A stretch of DNA of 64,000 nt from an uncultured Gammaproteobacteria bacterium (GTDB lineage: Bacteria > Patescibacteriota > Microgenomatia > UBA8517): assembly GCA_964430475.1 (NCBI GenBank), contig CAYSEQ010000003.1, positions 23,832 through 87,831 of the forward strand. The letters run 5' to 3'. Numbering within the stretch: the stretch's first letter is position 1; every line of letters starts with the position of its first letter. Of this stretch, positions 36,899 to 47,664 are shown one piece after another. The notes under the pieces are model-generated. The model was not told the origin of the DNA and made no database searches. It worked only from the letters and a program-made list of their open reading frames with translations. The translations under genes and the position numbers were made by a program.

Positions 36899-39100
36899 TC
36901 ACTTCCTTTTAATCTCGCCCAAAAGTCTACTTCGTGGAAAATGAGGCCCGGCAGTGCGTGGTTTTGAGGAGCTTCTTTTAAAATCTCTGTGTCCTTCTCT
37001 TCTTAAACCTCCTTTATGCTTTTTTTGGGCATCAAATCCCGGATCTAAAACCATTGAAAAATTGAGTCTCCCCAATTCATCAACCTCTTTTAACCTTACC
37101 TGTACCTTATCACCAACCTTCAAAATCTCTGAAGGATCCTTTACATATCCTTCACTCATATCAGAAACATGAACTAACCCTTCCTTTCCTGGAGCTATTT
37201 CAACAAATACCCCAAAAGGCTGAACCCTTTTAACTACACCATCGTAAATCTCACCTGGAACAGGTATCCTAGTAATCGCTTCAATCCTCCGAATGGCCTC
37301 TGTTAGCACCTCATGAGTTGTCCCAGAAACATAAACTGTTCCATCCTCATCAATATCAATTTGGGAGCCAGTTTCGTTAAGTATTTTCCTAATAGTCTTA
37401 CCACCGGGACCTATTAGATCTCCTATCTTCTCAGGGTTTATTCGGATGATTTTTATCTTAGGGGCATACTTTGAAACACTTTCTCTAGGCTTATCAAGAG
37501 TCTTAAGCATCACATCAAGAATTTTCAAACGCGCATCTTTTGCTCTTTCCAAAGCTTCTTTAAGAATAGGAAGAGTGAGTCTTTGCGTTTTAACATCAAG
37601 CTGGAGAGCGGTTATACCCTCCTTACTCCCAGCAACTTTAAAGTCCATATCTCCATTCGCATCTTCAACACCCACGATATCCGTAAGAATCACATGTCTA
37701 GCATTCTCCACAACCAAACCCATTGCAATCCCAGCAATCGGAGCTTTTATTGGAACTCCAGCATCCATGAGAGAAAGCGTTGACCCACATACCGAAGCCA
37801 TGCTTGTTGAACCATTAGAACTTAATATCTCCGTGACAACACGAATCGTATAAGGAAACTCTTCCTCCTCAGGAATAACTGGAAGTAATGCCCTCTCTGC
37901 TAACGCACCATGTCCTATCTCCCGTCTTGAAGGAAATCCTATCTTACCAGTCTCACCAATTGAATAGGGAGGCATGGAGTAATGATGGATAAAGCGTTTA
38001 GTTTCTTCACCCGCTGCGGTTTCAATAAGTTGTTCAAGTGAAGGAGCTCCCAATGTGACTATACTCAAAGCTTGTGTCTGACCTCTTTGGAAAATGGCGG
38101 ATCCGTGAGTTCGCGGAAGAACGGAAACCTGACAAAAAAGTTCTCTTATGTCCTCAGGCTTTCTAGAATCAGGTCTTTTCCCCAACAAGATTAGATCCCT
38201 GACCCTTTTTTTGAGAAGTTTGTCAAAGAATTTAGCCACCTTTTCTTTCTCATCTTCCTCAAAAGACTCCACAACACTTCTTCTTAGTTCATCTAGAGCT
38301 TCTAGTCCTTCTTCTTTGCTCGCAAGCTGAGGTATTAAATTATCTATACCTTCTGCAAGTTTTTCTACTTTATTTTGAAGGCTTAAAGGAAAAATTTCCT
38401 TTTCAATCTTTTCCTTCTTTGGATTTACTTCACTAGCTAATTCTTTAATAAGAGCAGTAATCTTTTTTGCTTGTTCTTTGGCAAATTCTATACCCCTTAA
38501 AATATCCTCCTCGGGAACCTGAAACGCACCTGCTTCTAACATCAAAATTGCATCTTCTTTAGAAGAGACAACAAGATCCAACTTGGAATTCTTAATTTCG
38601 GATTCGGTAGGATTAACAATCAGCTCGCTGTCCTTCATTCCAACCCTAACCACCCCCACCGGTCCATCCCAAGGTATGTTTGAAATAGCTAGAGCAGCGC
38701 TTGCAGCAACCGTTGAAATAACATCTGGTGAATTTTCAAGATCCACAGACAAAACAGTAATTATAATCTGGACTTCCTTTTTATAATCTTCAGGGAAAAG
38801 AGGTCTAATCGACCTATCAATTAGCCTAGCGGAAAGAATTTCCTCATCAGTTGGCCTACCCTCCCTTTTAACCCAACGACTTCCTTTTATTCGACCTCCG
38901 GCATAAAGCCTTTCCTGATACTCTACACTCAAGGGAAAATAGCCTAAATCTGTCAGTAAAGGTCTGGAAACAACTGTAGCCAAAACCACACTCTCTCCAT
39001 ACGAGGCAAGCACAGCTGAAGTAGCTTGCTGTGCCAGATGACCTGTAGAAATAGTGAGGGTCCTGCCTCCTAATTCTATAGACTTTTCAATCTTTCTCAT
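36899..39100 (-). CDS. pnp: polyribonucleotide nucleotidyltransferase (PNPase)
   Basis: Two RNase PH domains, KH and S1 domains, basic C-terminal tail; 733 aa. Confidence 0.9.
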   Translation of the reverse strand: MRKIEKSIELGGRTLTISTGHLAQQATSAVLASYGESVVLATVVSRPLLTDLGYFPLSVEYQERLYAGGRIKGSRWVKREGRPTDEEILSARLIDRSIRPLFPEDYKKEVQIIITVLSVDLENSPDVISTVAASAALAISNIPWDGPVGVVRVGMKDSELIVNPTESEIKNSKLDLVVSSKEDAILMLEAGAFQVPEEDILRGIEFAKEQAKKITALIKELASEVNPKKEKIEKEIFPLSLQNKVEKLAEGIDNLIPQLASKEEGLEALDELRRSVVESFEEDEKEKVAKFFDKLLKKRVRDLILLGKRPDSRKPEDIRELFCQVSVLPRTHGSAIFQRGQTQALSIVTLGAPSLEQLIETAAGEETKRFIHHYSMPPYSIGETGKIGFPSRREIGHGALAERALLPVIPEEEEFPYTIRVVTEILSSNGSTSMASVCGSTLSLMDAGVPIKAPIAGIAMGLVVENARHVILTDIVGVEDANGDMDFKVAGSKEGITALQLDVKTQRLTLPILKEALERAKDARLKILDVMLKTLDKPRESVSKYAPKIKIIRINPEKIGDLIGPGGKTIRKILNETGSQIDIDEDGTVYVSGTTHEVLTEAIRRIEAITRIPVPGEIYDGVVKRVQPFGVFVEIAPGKEGLVHVSDMSEGYVKDPSEILKVGDKVQVRLKEVDELGRLNFSMVLDPGFDAQKKHKGGLRREGHRDFKRSSSKPRTAGPHFPRSRLLGEIKRK

Positions 39101-39241
39101 CTTTAGTTTTTAGCCTTAAATCAAATACCTACAAAAGGTAATATTTAAACTTGGATAGGCTTCTTCAAGCTAGGCGAATTTGAACTTCCCTTTGAAGAAC
39201 CATCCTTACTTAAATTCTTTTTTTCACCAAATCACCTGAAG

Positions 39242-39511
39242 CTATTTCTCTAAACTAAGTTTTTTTATCAAATTAGTATAGCGTTCCTCGCTTTGTTCTT
39301 TAAGATAATTTAATAATCTTCTCCTTTTCGCCACCATACTTAAAAGTCCTCTTCTTGAATGAAAGTCCTTCTTATGTTCCTTTAGGTGCTTTACTAGTTT
39401 ATCTATCTGAGCTGTGAGAAGCGCAATTTGCACCTCAGGAGAACCTGTGTCACCCTTCTCACGGGCAAAATCTCTAATAATTTTTTGTTTCTCCTCTTTA
39501 GTTAATGCCAT
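39242..39511 (-). CDS. rpsO: 30S ribosomal protein S15 (uS15)
   Basis: 89 aa; [14 protein letters not shown]...[12 protein letters not shown] canonical uS15. Confidence 0.9.
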   Translation of the reverse strand: MALTKEEKQKIIRDFAREKGDTGSPEVQIALLTAQIDKLVKHLKEHKKDFHSRRGLLSMVAKRRRLLNYLKEQSEERYTNLIKKLSLEK

Positions 39512-39622
39512 TTAGTAAAAGACTAAGTATAGCGGACAATCGCTAAACCTGGTCTTTAACCTAAGTTTTAGGTAATGATAACACTTTTGCATTAAAAATC
39601 AAAATCCAAATAATTTAAATTT

Positions 39623-40579
39623 TTAGCTAATCGATGTGCCCTTGTAAATTTTGGGCTGAAGCCACTCTTCAGGAGGCTTTTGAGATTCATCTTTCTTACT
39701 AGAATCCACGCCTAGCCCTTCTTGGGTTTCTTCTTCTTGTGGTTTTTCTTCCTCTTTTTTTAAAAAAGCATCCCTCTTCTTTATCTCCAAGGGAGGGGTA
39801 AAATGTAAAGTCGGAGGCATTTGTGGTAAACCTGAAACAAGGGGGTAAGTTTGCAGGGAAGGAGAGGCAAGTAGTCTTTTTCCACCCAAGCGCAGGAGTT
39901 CAGAAACAAGGGCAAATGTTTCTGCAGAAGTCTGGGGAGAAGTAAAGGTCTCAGTGGCAAATTCGATTCCCATTAAGAGGTTTGTTGATATATCCTCATC
40001 AAGTCTTAAGTTACTTTGCTTGATAATACCAGCCACCACCTCTGAAATAGATGGCGCGGGTCTTGAAAAAGAAGCGTAGCTTTTTCTTCTTGAAAATTGG
40101 ATATCCTTAGTCCCAATATGGAGAATATTTGAAGGATTTAATTGTCCTGAAAAAAGGGAAGGGAAATCTGATTCGTCTGTTCCTCCAATAAGAATGACAC
40201 AGTCCGCAGTTATTCCAGCATACAAAATTTTAACCTGCTCTTTAGTAGGAGGAAGGGCATTCTCTTTAGGAACAACCGTGAGACTAAACTCTCCATTCTC
40301 AATATCCCAACTAACTGTTTCAATATCAGTTGCTTTATAATCCACAAATTTAATAACTAAATTTTTATTTCCAATCTCTTGAGAAATTTTATTTACTCCC
40401 ACCAAACGGTTAAACTCCACAGTAATCGGAGAAGGGCAATAGATATTAGTTTCCTTAATCTCTTTCAGGGCAAGATAAAGAGAAAGTCCTGAAGCAGCCT
40501 GGTCAAGATCCAACTTCGTTGGAAGAACAATAAGAATGGATTTCGACCTGTCAACTATTGACCTAAATGAATCTTCCAT
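39623..40579 (-). CDS. DHH/DHHA1-fold protein (NrnA-like) with degenerate catalytic motifs
   Basis: Fold-level match (LLMGIEFATETFTSPQTSAETFALVSELLRLGG ~ DHHA1 region), but motif I is PTKLDLDQAAS and motif III DHH is replaced by TDESDF. Confidence 0.4.
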   Translation of the reverse strand: MEDSFRSIVDRSKSILIVLPTKLDLDQAASGLSLYLALKEIKETNIYCPSPITVEFNRLVGVNKISQEIGNKNLVIKFVDYKATDIETVSWDIENGEFSLTVVPKENALPPTKEQVKILYAGITADCVILIGGTDESDFPSLFSGQLNPSNILHIGTKDIQFSRRKSYASFSRPAPSISEVVAGIIKQSNLRLDEDISTNLLMGIEFATETFTSPQTSAETFALVSELLRLGGKRLLASPSLQTYPLVSGLPQMPPTLHFTPPLEIKKRDAFLKKEEEKPQEEETQEGLGVDSSKKDESQKPPEEWLQPKIYKGTSIS

Positions 40580-40636
40580 AAATTTTATTGTTGTTTTTTC
40601 TTAAGACGAAAATTCCTAAACCTACTCTATTAAAAA

Positions 40637-42100
40637 TTATTTGCGCAGTGATAGTAGCATATCACCCACCCTGAAATCAAGTTGGGGGGTAAAAAGGATA
40701 CCACATTCTTCACCTTCCTTAACCTCCGAAACATCAGTCTTACCCTTTCTCAGCGAAAGGATTTTTACCTCGCCCAAGATTGCCTCGCCTCTCTTTAGTG
40801 TCAAGACATCCTTAATGTTTATCCTTCCTAAACTAACCTTGCAACCCGCAACTCTTTTCCCTTCAAACACAAATTCTTTAAGAATATTACCAACGCCCAG
40901 CACTTCTACCTTTCCCTCTTTTATTAACTCCTCAAGCCTCTCTAAAAGTTCGTAGATAATCTCAAAGCTTTCAATTATCACCATCTCATTTTCTGCTAAT
41001 TTCGACACTTGACCTGGAACTTTTAAGCCGAAAGAAAAAATCCTTGCCTGGGAAGGCTTGGCTAATAAAACATCTGACTCTGTCACTTCGCCAACACCTG
41101 AATTGATAACCGAAACCTCCTTTGGCAAACTCGCTAAAATCGCCTCTAACGATCCAGCGCTGTTGGCTTTTAATATAATAGGAAGTACACTTTTAGAGGT
41201 AGGGGTTGTCTTTACACTTTCTTCGAATTCCGTTGGGGTTAAAATAGGTATATTTTTTTTATGTGAAACTAAGCTTCCCACCTTAGGCAAATCCTCAAAC
41301 CCCAAAATTTTGGCAGGCTCGCCAGGCCCAATTTCTTTAATTGGCCTTTGCCTAAAATCAAAAAGCGCCCTAACTTTCGCCTGTATTCCATCGCTTACAA
41401 TTTCGTCGCCCACACGAAGTTTTCCATTGCGAACTAAAACGCTCGCCGTTATTCCTTCTCTACCCTTTCCAACCTCAATAATCACAGCTTCAAGCCCGCC
41501 TTGAGGATCGCCTTTAATTTCATAAAGTTCAGAAATTAAAAGGATCATCTCAATAATTTCTCTTACCCCTTTACCTTCCTTAGCTGATATAGGAATTAAG
41601 GGTACATCTCCACCTCTTCCTTCAAAAAGAACCCCTTCTTTCTCTAATTGGCTTCTGACATTCTCTACAGAAGCGGTTGGTAAATCCACCTTTGTCGCAG
41701 CAACTATAAATGGAATTCTTGCCAACCTTATATGTCTTAATGCTTCTATTGTCTGGGGTTTTACTCCGTCGTCTGAAGCCACCACCAAAATTGCTAAATC
41801 CGCTACCTTCGCACCACGAGAACGCATATTAGAAAACGCTTCATGTCCGGGAGTATCAATAAAGGTAATCTTCTTACCCTCCTTTTCTATTACTGAAGCT
41901 CCGATGCTTTGGGTTATTCCCCCCGCCTCTTTTTGGGCAACATCCGTTTGTCGTATGGCATCCAAAAGGGTCGTTTTACCATGGTCAACATGCCCTAAAA
42001 CCACCACAATTGGAGGTCGAAGTACTGCAGTAGGGGTTGGTGAATTTGCGTTTTTCATACTGGTAAAACCTCCTTTCCCTCCGGATTCCACAAAAATCAT
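40637..42100 (-). CDS. infB: translation initiation factor IF-2 (short form, G-domain to C-terminus)
   Basis: [24 protein letters not shown]; 487 aa. Confidence 0.9.
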   Translation of the reverse strand: MIFVESGGKGGFTSMKNANSPTPTAVLRPPIVVVLGHVDHGKTTLLDAIRQTDVAQKEAGGITQSIGASVIEKEGKKITFIDTPGHEAFSNMRSRGAKVADLAILVVASDDGVKPQTIEALRHIRLARIPFIVAATKVDLPTASVENVRSQLEKEGVLFEGRGGDVPLIPISAKEGKGVREIIEMILLISELYEIKGDPQGGLEAVIIEVGKGREGITASVLVRNGKLRVGDEIVSDGIQAKVRALFDFRQRPIKEIGPGEPAKILGFEDLPKVGSLVSHKKNIPILTPTEFEESVKTTPTSKSVLPIILKANSAGSLEAILASLPKEVSVINSGVGEVTESDVLLAKPSQARIFSFGLKVPGQVSKLAENEMVIIESFEIIYELLERLEELIKEGKVEVLGVGNILKEFVFEGKRVAGCKVSLGRINIKDVLTLKRGEAILGEVKILSLRKGKTDVSEVKEGEECGILFTPQLDFRVGDMLLSLRK

Positions 42101-42138
42101 AAAAATTAAACTTAAATAATACTCTCATCTTAAATCTC

Positions 42139-43212
42139 CTATATTTTGGAATCCTTGCTTTTGGTTGACAGAATAGAACCTTGAACTTCAGATTCTTTCT
42201 CCTCAACCTTGGCTTCCTTTTTTTTCTTCTTTTCCTTAGGTACAACCTTTATTTTGATCTTCCAACCAGTAAGCTTTGCGGCGAGCCGAGCATTCTGGCC
42301 ATCCCTTCCAATAGCAACAGAAAGCTCTTCTTCAGGTGCTTGGACTACCGCAGTTCTTTCCTTTTCATTAAGCTTGACAATTAAATTTTCAGCAGGGGCT
42401 AAAGCCACCTTTATGAATTCAGCGGGATCTTCTCTAAACTGAATTACATCCACCCTTTCCTCTCCTAGTTCATTTGTTACTGCCTGGACCCTAATTCCTT
42501 TTTGCCCAACACAAGAACCAACTGGATCAACTCCGCTCTGACCTGAAAAAACCGCCATTTTAGTCCTAAGACCAGGCTCCCTAGCAATTGCTTTAATTTC
42601 AACAGCACCGGAAGAAAGTTCTGGAACCTCCCTTTCAAAAAGCTTCTTGACAAAATCCTGAGATGCTCTTGAAAGAATTATCACCTTCCCCTTGGCGGTT
42701 TCTCTAATTTCTTTCAAGAGGAAGGTAAGCCTTTGGTTAGGGGCTAAATGCTCATTTGGAATTCTTTCTTCCCTCGGCATAACCCCTTCTGCTTTTCCCA
42801 AATCTACTCTAACATCAGAACCTTCAAATCTCAAAATCACTCCCGAAATCAGCGATCCCACTCTTCCTAAAAATTCATTCATGACTGCATCCTTCTCAGC
42901 CTCCCGAATTTTCTGATGAATTACCTGCTTTGCTACTTGCGCAGCTATCCTTCCAAATCCTGGGGGGGTTACTTCACTTTTCTTGTCCGGTTGGTCTTTT
43001 GGCCAAGCAAAGATTCTTGCCTCACCACTAACCGGATCAAGCTCAACCTCAAAATCCATTCCCTCAGTATCTTCACCTTGTTCCCGAGCATCTCTCCTAT
43101 ATGCCGCAATTATTGCTTGCTTTATACTTTCCAAAATTACCTGAGAATCCAAACCACGCTCAGCAGCAACCGCCCTTAATGCTTGTGCAAATTCAGTTCT
43201 GGGTTTCTGCAT
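42139..43212 (-). CDS. nusA: transcription termination/antitermination factor NusA
   Basis: S1 plus two KH domains; Lys-rich C-terminal tail; precedes infB. Confidence 0.9.
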   Translation of the reverse strand: MQKPRTEFAQALRAVAAERGLDSQVILESIKQAIIAAYRRDAREQGEDTEGMDFEVELDPVSGEARIFAWPKDQPDKKSEVTPPGFGRIAAQVAKQVIHQKIREAEKDAVMNEFLGRVGSLISGVILRFEGSDVRVDLGKAEGVMPREERIPNEHLAPNQRLTFLLKEIRETAKGKVIILSRASQDFVKKLFEREVPELSSGAVEIKAIAREPGLRTKMAVFSGQSGVDPVGSCVGQKGIRVQAVTNELGEERVDVIQFREDPAEFIKVALAPAENLIVKLNEKERTAVVQAPEEELSVAIGRDGQNARLAAKLTGWKIKIKVVPKEKKKKKEAKVEEKESEVQGSILSTKSKDSKI

Positions 43213-43244
43213 ATCTTTATAAAAACTTTAAACTTATTAAAAAA

Positions 43245-43264
43245 GGTGGGCTTTCATTCCCACC
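43245..43264 (-). terminator. GGTGGG/CCCACC hairpin followed by U6 on the minus strand, 32 nt upstream of the nusA ATG
   Basis: Seen: aaaaaaggtgggctttcattcccacc. Confidence 0.45.
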
Positions 43265-43537
43265 CCCTTCCTCTAAACTTATAACCTCATTGAATTCTAC
43301 TCCAAAACCCTCAATCAGTCAATAAAAAATTACAGACTTTTTAAAGATCCTCTCCTTTACATCCAAAATAATCTTTAAATTGAAAATTGAAAACTTCTAG
43401 GTGATAAATAATAAATGAAAATTCTTTTTTTGAATAGGAATCTAGAAAATTGGAGAATTGTTTAAGAGTTAGGACAGGGAGTAAAATTGGCTTTTTAACT
43501 AGTTCTTAGAAAAAGGAAGAATATTACCAAACATTTA

Positions 43538-44428
43538 TCAAAGTCCTTTATCTTGAAGTTCCTCGATCAATTCCCTTTGTTCTTTAGTTAACTTTTCTGG
43601 AACTGAAACTATTAATCGTACATATTCATCGCCCCTTCCTCTGCCGTGCAAGATTGGCACACCCTTACCCCTTAGTCTTAACGTCGTCCCACTTTGAGTC
43701 CCCGGCCTTATCCTTATCTTCACAGGTCCGTCAATTGTAGGTACCTCAATTTGCCCTCCTAGAACTGCTAAGGAATAGGGGATTGCCACACGAACATAAA
43801 TATCTTTTCCATCTCTTTCGAAAATCTCGTGCGGTCTTATATTTATCGAAAGAATAAAATCCTCAAACCTTATTCTCTGCCCCTCATCTACTCCTGCCGG
43901 AATCTTTATCTTTCTTTTTCTGCCTTCAATCTCAACTTCCTTTTCCACACCTCTAACTGCTTCCATAAAATCAATGGTGATAGAATACCGCGGAACCCTT
44001 CGGGTGCGAGAAAAAGGGGATGCTTCGCCAAAAAATTGTTCAAAAATCTCAAAAGGATCTCCGAAGTCAAAACCAGCAAATGGGGATTCACCGCCTGTTG
44101 TAGTATAAGTATAAGTAAAAGGCCCCCAACGACCTGTCTGAGTAAAAGGACCAGCACCTCCAAACCCCGACCAAGAAGAAGCCCCTCCTCCTGGGGCAAA
44201 GGCTTCGTGGCCAAACCTATCGTAAGCGGCGCGTTTCTCGGGGTCGGATAAAACTTGGTACGCTTCGTTTATCTCTTTAAAACGCTTTTCCGCTACTTCT
44301 TTGTCTGCACCCTGGTGTCTATCAGGATGCCATTCTAACGCTTGTTTCCTATAGGCTTTTTTTATCTCTTCTTGGGTAGCATCTTTTGAAACTCCTAAAA
44401 TGTCGTAGTAATCAGATTTTGCTGCCAT
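43538..44428 (-). CDS. DnaJ-domain co-chaperone (CbpA-like, no Zn-finger region)
   Basis: J domain with HPD (YYDILGV...HPDRH), G/F-rich linker, C-terminal substrate-binding domains; no CxxCxGxG repeats. Confidence 0.75.
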   Translation of the reverse strand: MAAKSDYYDILGVSKDATQEEIKKAYRKQALEWHPDRHQGADKEVAEKRFKEINEAYQVLSDPEKRAAYDRFGHEAFAPGGGASSWSGFGGAGPFTQTGRWGPFTYTYTTTGGESPFAGFDFGDPFEIFEQFFGEASPFSRTRRVPRYSITIDFMEAVRGVEKEVEIEGRKRKIKIPAGVDEGQRIRFEDFILSINIRPHEIFERDGKDIYVRVAIPYSLAVLGGQIEVPTIDGPVKIRIRPGTQSGTTLRLRGKGVPILHGRGRGDEYVRLIVSVPEKLTKEQRELIEELQDKGL

Positions 44429-44434
44429 ATCTTC

Positions 44435-46597
44435 CTAATTTTTGTAAACAGGTTCAATTTCTAACCTCGCGTTTTCAACTTTCAAGTAAATTTCGTCCTT
44501 GGGTTTAACTTTACCTTCCAAGATTAATAAAGATACCTCATCTAAAAGTTCTTGCTCAATAAGTCTTCTTAATGGCCTTGCACCAAATACAGGATCATAA
44601 CCCTTTTGGGCAAAATATTGTACCACAGCATCATCGTACTTAAGTTTGATATTCTGCTCAGAAAGAAGAAGTCCTGCTTTTTCTAAAGTCTTCCTTGCTA
44701 TCTCAAGCATTACCTTCTTGGTTAACGGTTTAAAGAAGACAATTTGATCTAGGCGATTTAAGAATTCGGGTTTAAAGGTCTTTGCCAAAAGTTCCTTCAT
44801 TAAATCCTCCAACTTCTCGCTATCCCTTTCTGAATACTTACTTATCAACTCACTTCCTAAGTTACTTGTCATAATAACTACAGTGTTTCTAAAATCAACA
44901 GTAAATCCTTTTGCGTCTGTCAACCTCCCGTCTTCCAATATCTGCAAGAAGAGATTAAAAACCTGGGGATGGGCTTTTTCCACTTCATCAAACAAAACTA
45001 TGGAGTAGGGATGTCTTCTTACTGCTTCCGTTAGCTGTCCTCCTTCCTCAAACCCCACATATCCAGGAGGGGCACCAATTAACCTTGAAACTGTGTGAGC
45101 CTCTTGATACTCACTCATATCAATCCTTATTATTGCATCTTCGTCGTTAAACAGTGCTTCTGCTAAAGCCTTGGCGGTTTCGGTCTTTCCAACCCCGGTT
45201 GGACCCAGAAACAAAAAGGACCCTATTGGACGTTTCTCTTCTTTGAGTCCGGCACGCGATCGGCGAATGGCATTGGCAATAAGAACCAAGGCTTTGTCTT
45301 GACCAACCACCCTTTCTTTCAAAACTTCTTCCAGTTTAAGAAGTCTTTCTGATTCAGAAGTAAGAAGACGCCCTAAAGGAATTCCTGTAATTCTCGAAAC
45401 CACCTTAGCAATATCCTCATCACTTACCTCCTCCCGCAAGACTCTTTCCTCTTCTGGAATTTCCTGCCAGCTTTTCTCAAGTTCTGAAAGTTTAGCCTCA
45501 AGACTGGGAAGCCTTCCATACTTGATTTCAGCTGCCTTTTCAAGTTGAACTTCTCTTTCTGCTTTTTCAAGTTCAACTTTCAACCTATCTATCTCTGAAC
45601 GAACTGCGTGAATTTCCTGTATTATCTTTCTTTGAAACTTCCATTTTTCTTCAAATTCTTGAATATCTTTTTTCAGTTTTTGAATATTTTCCCTGACCGA
45701 CTCCAACCTAACTTTTGCACTTTCTCCCTTTTCCTTCTTCAAAGCAGCTTCCTCAATCTCAAGTTGGGTAAGCCTTCTTTTAAGTTGATCGAGTTCCGAA
45801 GGCATACTTTCTGTCTCTATTCTTATGCTAGATGCAGCTTCGTCAATTAGGTCTATCGCCTTATCAGGTAAGAATCTGTCTGTAATATAACGTTGGGAGA
45901 GTTTTGCTGCAGCAACTAAAGCATCATCGGTAATCCTTATTCCATGATGAAGCTCGTAGCGTTCTTTTATTCCTCTTAGAATTGCAATTGTATCCTCGAG
46001 TGACGGCTCCTCGACTAAAACGGTTTGGAATCTGCGAGCTAAGGCCGCATCTTTTTCGATATATTTTCTATATTCTTCAACGGTAGTTGCCCCAATCATC
46101 CTCAAAGTCCCCCTGGCAAGAGAGGGCTTTAGAATATTTGCAGCGTCAATTGCTCCCTCTGCGCCCCCACCGCCAACAAGCATATGAAGCTCGTCGATAA
46201 AGATTATATATTTCCCTTCTTCCTCCTCAATTCCCTTGATTACCGCTTTGAGTCGTTCCTCGAATTCTCCCCGAAATTTGGTTCCTGCAACCAAAAGGGC
46301 AAAGTCAAGGATAAGAAGTTCGCGATTTTGCAAAGTGGTCGGAACATCCCCACTTGCTATCCTTTGTGCCAAACCTTCAACTATTGCAGTTTTCCCAACT
46401 CCCGGATTACCTATTAGAACGGGATTATTCTTGATTCTTCTTGAAAGAATCTGCATAACCCGCCTTATCTCGGTATCCCTTCCGATCACGGGATCGAGTT
46501 TCCCCTCTCTTGCCTGATCAGTGAGATTGACCGTATACCTATCGAGCGCCTCCTTGGGGCTTGGTGGTTTAAAAAGTGACTGTAAGTCGTTTTCCAT
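44435..46597 (-). CDS. clpB: chaperone ClpB lacking the N-terminal domain
   Basis: Two AAA+ modules (GNPGVGKTAIVEGLA; GPTGVGKTETAKALA) plus long coiled-coil M-domain; begins at the equivalent of E. coli residue ~150. Confidence 0.9.
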   Translation of the reverse strand: MENDLQSLFKPPSPKEALDRYTVNLTDQAREGKLDPVIGRDTEIRRVMQILSRRIKNNPVLIGNPGVGKTAIVEGLAQRIASGDVPTTLQNRELLILDFALLVAGTKFRGEFEERLKAVIKGIEEEEGKYIIFIDELHMLVGGGGAEGAIDAANILKPSLARGTLRMIGATTVEEYRKYIEKDAALARRFQTVLVEEPSLEDTIAILRGIKERYELHHGIRITDDALVAAAKLSQRYITDRFLPDKAIDLIDEAASSIRIETESMPSELDQLKRRLTQLEIEEAALKKEKGESAKVRLESVRENIQKLKKDIQEFEEKWKFQRKIIQEIHAVRSEIDRLKVELEKAEREVQLEKAAEIKYGRLPSLEAKLSELEKSWQEIPEEERVLREEVSDEDIAKVVSRITGIPLGRLLTSESERLLKLEEVLKERVVGQDKALVLIANAIRRSRAGLKEEKRPIGSFLFLGPTGVGKTETAKALAEALFNDEDAIIRIDMSEYQEAHTVSRLIGAPPGYVGFEEGGQLTEAVRRHPYSIVLFDEVEKAHPQVFNLFLQILEDGRLTDAKGFTVDFRNTVVIMTSNLGSELISKYSERDSEKLEDLMKELLAKTFKPEFLNRLDQIVFFKPLTKKVMLEIARKTLEKAGLLLSEQNIKLKYDDAVVQYFAQKGYDPVFGARPLRRLIEQELLDEVSLLILEGKVKPKDEIYLKVENARLEIEPVYKN

Positions 46598-46695
46598 ATT
46601 ATTTTTTGAGATTTATAAATATTTCTTAAATTCTACATTCAAACATGTACTTTTGTAAGGTCTGGGAAAAATATAACATAAAGCTTACTACTAAT

Positions 46696-46722
46696 TTAGC
46701 ACTCTGTCAATAAGAGTGCTAA
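46696..46722. promoter_or_regulatory. perfect CIRCE operator (TTAGCACTC-N9-GAGTGCTAA) upstream of clpB
   Basis: Seen: ttagcactctgtcaataagagtgctaa. Confidence 0.8.
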
Positions 46723-46752
46723 ATAGGGGCTGCCTACACGGGGAGTCTCTTT

Positions 46753-47664
46753 TTAAAGCTTGAGGGCTTTTTTGATATCATCCAACCTAAAAGCGATGTC
46801 AAAAGTTGAAGAATCACCGACATTAACATAAAGGTGTAAAAGGTTATTCTTTGGCTTGAACAATCCTCCACATACATAAACAACGTTCCTTACTTTCGGT
46901 CTAAGTTGCTTTACTTTAACACTCCTTCTAAGCATTTCTCCATCTAAGATTGGCTCTTTATAAATATCCACAAAAAACCTACCTCCTTCTTTCCTAATTA
47001 GACTAATTCCAATACTGTAGCAATACTTACTATTCTTGACTGAGATCCCATGGATTATAAAGATACCTCTTTTTTCATTAATCCAAATCGGAGGACATCC
47101 TGCTCCGATCTTCCAGGATGCCCAGGCAAGATTTTTTGGAAAAGAAAGGTCACCGACTTTCTTAGGTAAAGAGTCTTTGTAGTAAAAGACTAGAAGTTTA
47201 TGGGTATATTGTTCTGAATCTGGCCTGAATAGAAAATAATCTTCTATTATAGGTGTGATGTTTTTCCCAGGACCGAATGTCTGAATTAAGGTAACAGGAG
47301 GAAAGTAAGAATTCCAATCACCGGTAACAGTGGCCAAACCAGGAAATGTTTGAATACCTCTTTTCGCTCGTAGAACAACCGTCAATCCTATTACAATCCT
47401 TCCGTCATTATATACAAATGCACGAGGGTCCTCTAAATAAAAACTTTCATACTTAGGCTCCCAGACCACCCTTTTGTGCAAAATTTCGTCCTTGGGATTG
47501 ATCTCATAGAGAACAATCTTCCCAACATCCGGCTCTCCACGACTACCTTTCTGGGACAGCTCCCTCCCTACAAGGATGATGTTTTCACTACCCCTTTTAT
47601 GCCAGGCAGCTACATTAAAAAAAGATGCTTCTTTGAGTAAAGGGGTTATTGAAACTATATTCAT
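46753..47664 (-). CDS. GH130-like beta-propeller glycosidase/phosphorylase (COG2152-like)
   Basis: EDPR motif (FYLEDPRAFVYNDGRIVIG), repeated blade-like segments; 303 aa. Confidence 0.4.
   Translation of the reverse strand: MNIVSITPLLKEASFFNVAAWHKRGSENIILVGRELSQKGSRGEPDVGKIVLYEINPKDEILHKRVVWEPKYESFYLEDPRAFVYNDGRIVIGLTVVLRAKRGIQTFPGLATVTGDWNSYFPPVTLIQTFGPGKNITPIIEDYFLFRPDSEQYTHKLLVFYYKDSLPKKVGDLSFPKNLAWASWKIGAGCPPIWINEKRGIFIIHGISVKNSKYCYSIGISLIRKEGGRFFVDIYKEPILDGEMLRRSVKVKQLRPKVRNVVYVCGGLFKPKNNLLHLYVNVGDSSTFDIAFRLDDIKKALKL

Noticed and set aside
41985-42245. 86-aa minus ORF spanning the nusA-infB junction
   Set aside because: It overlaps the nusA C-terminus and infB start in another frame. 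It is Arg/Lys-rich low complexity created by the A-rich NusA tail codons.
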